Shown one piece after another: positions 58,110 through 63,021 of a stretch of 63,021 nucleotides of DNA (position 1 is its first letter; every line of letters starts with the position of its first letter). This DNA is from Candidatus Thorarchaeota archaeon (GTDB lineage: Archaea > Asgardarchaeota > Thorarchaeia > Thorarchaeales > Thorarchaeaceae). Made by a program: the position numbers and the translations under genes. Location of the stretch: positions 1 to 63,021 of the forward strand of contig JBHLRZ010000020.1 in NCBI GenBank assembly GCA_048882045.1. Direction: 5' to 3'. The notes below the pieces were generated by a model that saw nothing but the letters and a program-made list of their open reading frames with translations, did no database searches and had not been told where the DNA came from.

Positions 58110-60200
58110 CTAGGTCCTTCTCTTCTTGACGATTACTAATGCAATTACAAGAATTCCTATCGCACCTGCACCCACCGCAAGAATGAGAGGGTCAAATTCG
58201 ATAAGACCTCCTGGACCAGGTCCTGCGGTGTCTCCCAGGGTGAGCATGACTGTATCAGATACTGTGTTACCAAATAGATCCGTTAAAACAAGAGTCGCAT
58301 TGTGAATTGGACCCATCGTTACATTGATTGCAAACGTTAAACTGCCTGAACTCCAGATACCTTGGTGAAGAATCTCATTATTGTGGTATAGCCAATACTG
58401 GTATGGAAATGCATCACTGACCTGCCATGTAACGTTGACTACAGTTACGCTAATTGGATAGACTACATCATTAGGATGACTAACCTCGGGTGAATCTAGG
58501 TCTGCAATAGGATACCTATCCTGACTACTAGCAGTCCCAGGGATATTATAGGGTCCACCTACCACCTGATCATAATCGCTCCATCTGTTGCCAGAGCTGA
58601 TGCCATCATCCCATTGATTCGAGAATCCGTTGTCGAGAGCATTACCACCATAGTTCCTGTCGAACAGATTTCCATAGACACTATTGTTTGTAGACCCAGC
58701 GTATATCTCAAGTCCAATTCCAAAATTGTCACTGAATCGATTTCCTATGAACTGGGTACCATTTCCTAAATACAAGATTCCCCAATCATCGCCTTTCAGA
58801 AAGTCGTTATCAGTAATCGTTGAATTCCAGAGAGGTGCTGCGAGGATCCCATGAGAAAAAGGTGGTTGGACATGATCATCAGTGGACTCTAGAATTGTGT
58901 TGCCTTCGATGGTCAACCGAGCTCCTGAGAGCCGGATTCCAGTGTTACAATCGGTCATTGTATTATCGACAACAGTGCAATCATAACCTGAAACTTCAAT
59001 TCCCTGAAAGAGTCCTGAGAGGTCATTTCTCTGTACTGCTGAGTCATAGCATGATGCCAAATAGATGAGCTTCTGTCCCCCTTGATGATATCCAGACAAC
59101 GTATTGTCTTGAACAACACAGTCATAGGAATAATAAACTGCAATTCCAAAACCATACTCGACTTCGATTGTACATTCAGAGATTGTAGTGGAGTTAGACT
59201 CGATAACTATCACCGCTTGGGTATTTCCAGATGAACTCAAGCTTTCAACGGAACAAAAGGTTGAGTAGAGGATCTGAACACCATACGGAACATTCGCCAT
59301 CACCCCATTCTCAACGACAACATTGTCACATTGAAGTAATATCACCTGAGCGTAGTCAGCAGCATTGACAGTGGTGTCCATGACATCTTCAAGATACAGG
59401 ATTGGCTTTCCATTTGCTGTATTTCCTGCTATTTCATAGTCCCAAGGTGGATCATAGAGTATGTGGGTGTTGACCACGATACCGCCATTGACGAAGATGT
59501 TGTCCGTAATAGTGAGGTTAGGTGACCAACCAATCTGCAGCACCGCAGAATCGAAGTAACACTCCGTTACAATTGAGTCTTCACAGTTTCCGAGACCAAC
59601 TCTCATGGGATATGTTGTAGCCTCACTCTCAAAGAAATTGCATCCAGTGAGATTGACATAGTTTGAATATTCGATCGATGCTACCGCTAAATCTGTTATC
59701 GTGAAATTGGAATCTACAATTGTTAGATTGTCACAATACTCAACTTCGATTCCTCGATATGGACTATCAATTTTGCAATTATCGATTGTTCCATTGTCAG
59801 CGTGAAACAAGTTTATTGTGTAGTTTAGCTCAGTTGGTCTGAGGAAACAATCACGGATGACAAAGTGTACATCAACATAGCGGATATCAATACACACGTG
59901 AGTGCTGGTGATATTCAGACCCTCTATGAGATAGGGATGAGTTTCGTTTCCACTCCCTGGCCATCCTTGGTCTATGAAGTCCTGATTTCCAGTGATCAAA
60001 ATCGCTCCGTGTGGAGTATAGGACAAATCAAAATTGCGAGTTCTATCAGTGACCACTCCGGTGACATAAAAACCATTTAGAATTACGAAGTTACTTGTTA
60101 AGAGTAAAAATACCAAGAAGTATATTGAAACTCGAGATGTATTCAGTTGACTTTGTGTTATCAATGCTCTCCCCTCTTGGTTAGAGGCCAGATTATTCAC
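58110..60200 (-). CDS. NosD/pectin-lyase-like right-handed beta-helix surface protein with TM anchor
   Basis: GWPGSG....PY.IE, NG.PI.YL, PbH1-like repeats, DNG..N.WDDG...GN.WSDY, D.YP. Confidence 0.85.
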   Translation of the reverse strand: MNNLASNQEGRALITQSQLNTSRVSIYFLVFLLLTSNFVILNGFYVTGVVTDRTRNFDLSYTPHGAILITGNQDFIDQGWPGSGNETHPYLIEGLNITSTHVCIDIRYVDVHFVIRDCFLRPTELNYTINLFHADNGTIDNCKIDSPYRGIEVEYCDNLTIVDSNFTITDLAVASIEYSNYVNLTGCNFFESEATTYPMRVGLGNCEDSIVTECYFDSAVLQIGWSPNLTITDNIFVNGGIVVNTHILYDPPWDYEIAGNTANGKPILYLEDVMDTTVNAADYAQVILLQCDNVVVENGVMANVPYGVQILYSTFCSVESLSSSGNTQAVIVIESNSTTISECTIEVEYGFGIAVYYSYDCVVQDNTLSGYHQGGQKLIYLASCYDSAVQRNDLSGLFQGIEVSGYDCTVVDNTMTDCNTGIRLSGARLTIEGNTILESTDDHVQPPFSHGILAAPLWNSTITDNDFLKGDDWGILYLGNGTQFIGNRFSDNFGIGLEIYAGSTNNSVYGNLFDRNYGGNALDNGFSNQWDDGISSGNRWSDYDQVVGGPYNIPGTASSQDRYPIADLDSPEVSHPNDVVYPISVTVVNVTWQVSDAFPYQYWLYHNNEILHQGIWSSGSLTFAINVTMGPIHNATLVLTDLFGNTVSDTVMLTLGDTAGPGPGGLIEFDPLILAVGAGAIGILVIALVIVKKRRT

Positions 60201-60253
60201 ACCTTAATAAATTTCATCCCAGTCTTGAAGCATGAATTAGAGTGCATAAGTGT

Positions 60254-60300
60254 ATGAAAAGAAGGTAGGCGCCGCTTCATGCGAGCACCGCGGTGCACTG
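60254..60300. repeat. GC-rich intergenic repeat, copy B
   Basis: atgaaaagaaggtaggcgccgcttcatgcgagcaccgcggtgcactg. Confidence 0.85.
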
Positions 60301-60306
60301 TATCAA

Positions 60307-61437
60307 TCAGTACCATTCAACAACATCCAGACCATATCTTTCTTTTTCATGAGGTAGGAGTCTTGGCTCTGTACGTGTACCGACATTTCTTGTACCATGA
60401 TAATATTGTGTAAAGACATGCGATTTGTACCCCGTGGAACCGATCTCTTTGCCATAACGCGTGGATGATTTCATCGTTTTAGAGGCTTTTGCAACTGTGT
60501 CGGGGCCAAACGTTAAAACATGCAGCTCAGGGGATATGACATGCGTAATATCTACTTCTTGTAATGGATTATGTGATAGGAATAAGTTCTCAAGTTGTAA
60601 CGGTGAAAGTGGTGCTAAATCTATATCTTGGATACTATTCTTTGAGAGGTCCAATGAACGCAATGATGTGCATGTTTGTAAAGGAGTCAGATCAATATGT
60701 GACAACTGATTACAAGCCAATTCAAGAACCTCCAATTCTGAATAGCCAGCAAGAGGAGACAGGTCAATCTCTGTTAACTTGTGATGATTTAGATAAATTG
60801 CCTGGATACGCGTTTGACTTGATATCGGACTGAGGTCAAGTTTAGTGATATTAGAGTAATGCATCCCAATTCCTTCGAGCTTAGCGTTTGACAAGAAATC
60901 AAGACTGAGATGTTGTAGGTTATGTACGTCGTAGAGATATAGAATCTTTAGTGGAATACTACTTTCACTTGAATCACCCTCTATTTTGGTCAAAGGCATT
61001 TTTTTAATATCCAAACGCTCGAGATTTTCCAGTTCAAGTATGGGTTGTATATCCAGTTCTTTGATACTATTTTTCTCAATCCATAGTTTCTTGAGTGAGC
61101 TGCATTTTGATAGCGGTGATAGATCAAGAGATGTCAGGTTAGGAATGTCGACCAAGAACAACTCCTTGAGCTCAGTCATTCCTGACAGCGGCATGAGGTC
61201 CAGACTCTCAATGTTCTGAGCATCGGAGATCTGTAATGATTCAAGGCCAGGACAATCATGTAATGAAGCAATATCAATAGTATTTGCTTTGTATCCTTTT
61301 ATAGCAAGCTCCTTGAGATCAGGACAGTTTCTCAAATGGTCAATGTTCTTCATGGTACTATACTTAGAACCAAGATATATACAAGTTAGATTGCTTTCAA
61401 AGTCAGGTGGACTTGCTCTGAATCTCTTGAGTTCCAT
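60307..61437 (-). CDS. Leucine-rich repeat protein
   Basis: Repeated L.LSPL..C..L..L.L..N. Confidence 0.88.
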   Translation of the reverse strand: MELKRFRASPPDFESNLTCIYLGSKYSTMKNIDHLRNCPDLKELAIKGYKANTIDIASLHDCPGLESLQISDAQNIESLDLMPLSGMTELKELFLVDIPNLTSLDLSPLSKCSSLKKLWIEKNSIKELDIQPILELENLERLDIKKMPLTKIEGDSSESSIPLKILYLYDVHNLQHLSLDFLSNAKLEGIGMHYSNITKLDLSPISSQTRIQAIYLNHHKLTEIDLSPLAGYSELEVLELACNQLSHIDLTPLQTCTSLRSLDLSKNSIQDIDLAPLSPLQLENLFLSHNPLQEVDITHVISPELHVLTFGPDTVAKASKTMKSSTRYGKEIGSTGYKSHVFTQYYHGTRNVGTRTEPRLLPHEKERYGLDVVEWY

Positions 61438-61512
61438 ATTTTGAAACTTCCCCCAGCATCATCTTTCATCTTCGGTATTAAGTTTGATGAAGAAATGTCC
61501 GAGTATACAGAA

Positions 61513-61545
61513 ATGAAAAAGGTGGGCGCCGCTCTGTGCGACACT
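61513..61545. repeat. GC-rich intergenic repeat, copy C (truncated)
   Basis: atgaaaaaggtgggcgccgctctgtgcga. Confidence 0.75.
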
Positions 61546-62886
61546 CTACCAAAGTTTCCTTTGCCATTTGATCTTCTTCTTCATCTTTCGAAGTCTGGGT
61601 GACAATATCTCTTTTGACATCTTGCGATTAGCAACTGGTTTAATCTTTCCAAATTTTATGTCTTTCAACGCAGGACATGAGAGGAGTGGAGTAATATCAA
61701 TCTTCGACATGAGCTTCGAGGTAATTCTAAAAGACCTAAGATTCTTCAGTTCTGATAAGGGAGATAGATCGATACTTTCAAGACTTGAATGTTCCAAGCC
61801 CACGCTCTCTAGACTGGTACAAGCTGACAGTGGTGATAGGTCGATGTCAACGAGGTGTCTTGTGCCGAGGTTGATCTCCCTCAATGATGGAGAAACGATA
61901 GGAGCAAGGTCAATTGTCTGCAACATATTTCCAGATATGTCTAAAGACTCACACGTAAGCCTTGCTGGAAACACGAGCTCGCTAATCTTGTTGTCTGCAA
62001 GGTTGATCTTTTTGAGATGCAGATGTTCAAGCGGAGTAAGGTCTACCTTAGTAAGGCCACATGCTTCAAAATTGATGTGTTCTAGCTTAGTGCATGTACT
62101 AAGAGGAGAGAAGTCGACCTCCGATATCTTCTGTTTTGAGAAGACGACTTCCTTGAGGTCTTTGGAGGCACGCAATGGTGACAGGTCGATTGACTTGAGA
62201 GTATTGGGGTCTCTCTTCCTCCCCCCGGCAAACGAGATGCTCTCAAGTGATGATATTGAAGGAAGAACAACCGCTTCAGGCACCCATCGTAGAACATGAA
62301 CATGAGTAATAGATTTTGATGTGTTCAACCATGACAGGTCAGACTCTCTCAGAGAGTGATAGGTCAGGCTCTTTAGACTAGGAAGGAGTGGAATGGTCTT
62401 TCTATCATGCTCCACATTACCATGTATGAGCAGACTCTCAAGACGACTAGAGTCAGGAAATATGACATTTGTAACATATGCGTCACAAAGAATGGGTATG
62501 TCATCAATACTGACAATGATTGATGAGGGATGAGTAAAGGGAGACAGGTCGATTGTACCGTCCAATCCTTTTATGAACAATTCTCTGACTGACTCGTTAC
62601 TACTATACTTACTGAAGTCAATACCATCTAGAGTCCCGAGCCTGTTACCTTTTAGGACTTCTCTTAGAAAAGAGTACCCACAAGATATGAACAATTCTTC
62701 AGCAGCTGAAGCATATCTGGCCAACCCATCTATCTGTTCTTGAGTGATGTTAGTACCGCTTATCATCAGTTTACTCTTTTCAAATTTCCAATCGAATTTT
62801 GTAGGTATTCTTTCATACCAATTTCTCTTCCTAGTCTTCATCCTACTCATGCACTTGAACGACATCGAGTTTAAGAGTTTGGTCAA
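61546..62886 (-). CDS. Leucine-rich repeat protein
   Basis: IDLSPL repeats; basic C-terminus ending KIKWQRKLW; start may be a downstream ATG. Confidence 0.88.
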   Translation of the reverse strand: MTKLLNSMSFKCMSRMKTRKRNWYERIPTKFDWKFEKSKLMISGTNITQEQIDGLARYASAAEELFISCGYSFLREVLKGNRLGTLDGIDFSKYSSNESVRELFIKGLDGTIDLSPFTHPSSIIVSIDDIPILCDAYVTNVIFPDSSRLESLLIHGNVEHDRKTIPLLPSLKSLTYHSLRESDLSWLNTSKSITHVHVLRWVPEAVVLPSISSLESISFAGGRKRDPNTLKSIDLSPLRASKDLKEVVFSKQKISEVDFSPLSTCTKLEHINFEACGLTKVDLTPLEHLHLKKINLADNKISELVFPARLTCESLDISGNMLQTIDLAPIVSPSLREINLGTRHLVDIDLSPLSACTSLESVGLEHSSLESIDLSPLSELKNLRSFRITSKLMSKIDITPLLSCPALKDIKFGKIKPVANRKMSKEILSPRLRKMKKKIKWQRKLW

Positions 62887-62932
62887 ACACGTTACAGAGT
62901 CTAAACTGAACCGATCATTCGCACATAATAGG

Positions 62933-63021
62933 ATGAAAAGAGAGAAGGTGGGCGCCGCTTCGTGCGAGCAACGCGGTGCATTGCCGCGCCACCACCTAAT
63001 GTTTTGTGCAGCCGCGTTCCG
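62933..63021. repeat. GC-rich intergenic repeat, copy A (longest, runs off the window end)
   Basis: atgaaaagagagaaggtgggcgccgcttcgtgcgagcaacgcggtgcattgccgcgccacc...tgcagccgcgttccg. Confidence 0.85.

Noticed and set aside
61568-62299. 243-aa plus-strand ORF
   Set aside because: Antisense shadow of the repetitive LRR gene with no protein-like features.
57983-63021. CRISPR array or canonical attC sites
   Set aside because: The repeats are separated by whole genes and degenerate, no cas or intI gene is in the window, and the RYYYAAC/GTTRRRY ends are absent.

Overview
AT-rich archaeal chromosomal window. It is most consistent with an Asgard archaeon (Thorarchaeota-like), judged from a Rab-like small GTPase, a longin-like protein, many IDLSPL-type LRR proteins, a TPR protein and large membrane-anchored surface proteins; this assignment is an inference from gene content. 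Housekeeping and catabolic genes include carboxylesterase, MttB-family methyltransferase, two M32 carboxypeptidases, two isoaspartyl peptidases, IorAB, DsrEFH, thioredoxin/TrxR/ferritin-like clusters and an ABC exporter. Top candidates for new biology: (1) a tight five-gene operon encoding a Zn-finger protein, a longin-like protein, two paralogous ~14-TM proteins and a Rab-like GTPase (29372-33533); (2) a translationally coupled three-gene operon encoding an SBBP/Ca-binding-repeat adhesin, an unlisted 51-aa single-TM microprotein and a 1741-aa receptor-like protein with an extracellular gingipain-like domain and a cytoplasmic helical solenoid (38285-46826); (3) a GC-rich palindromic element at four successive gene junctions of an LRR/surface-protein array (57983-63021); (4) a multi-stem structured intergenic element (10543-10681); (5) an A_AAA_AAG -1 frameshift that restores a thioredoxin-fold-like C-terminus (6051-6415). 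No rRNA, tRNA, CRISPR array or transposase was recognised. All assignments come from reading motifs by eye; no database searches were run.
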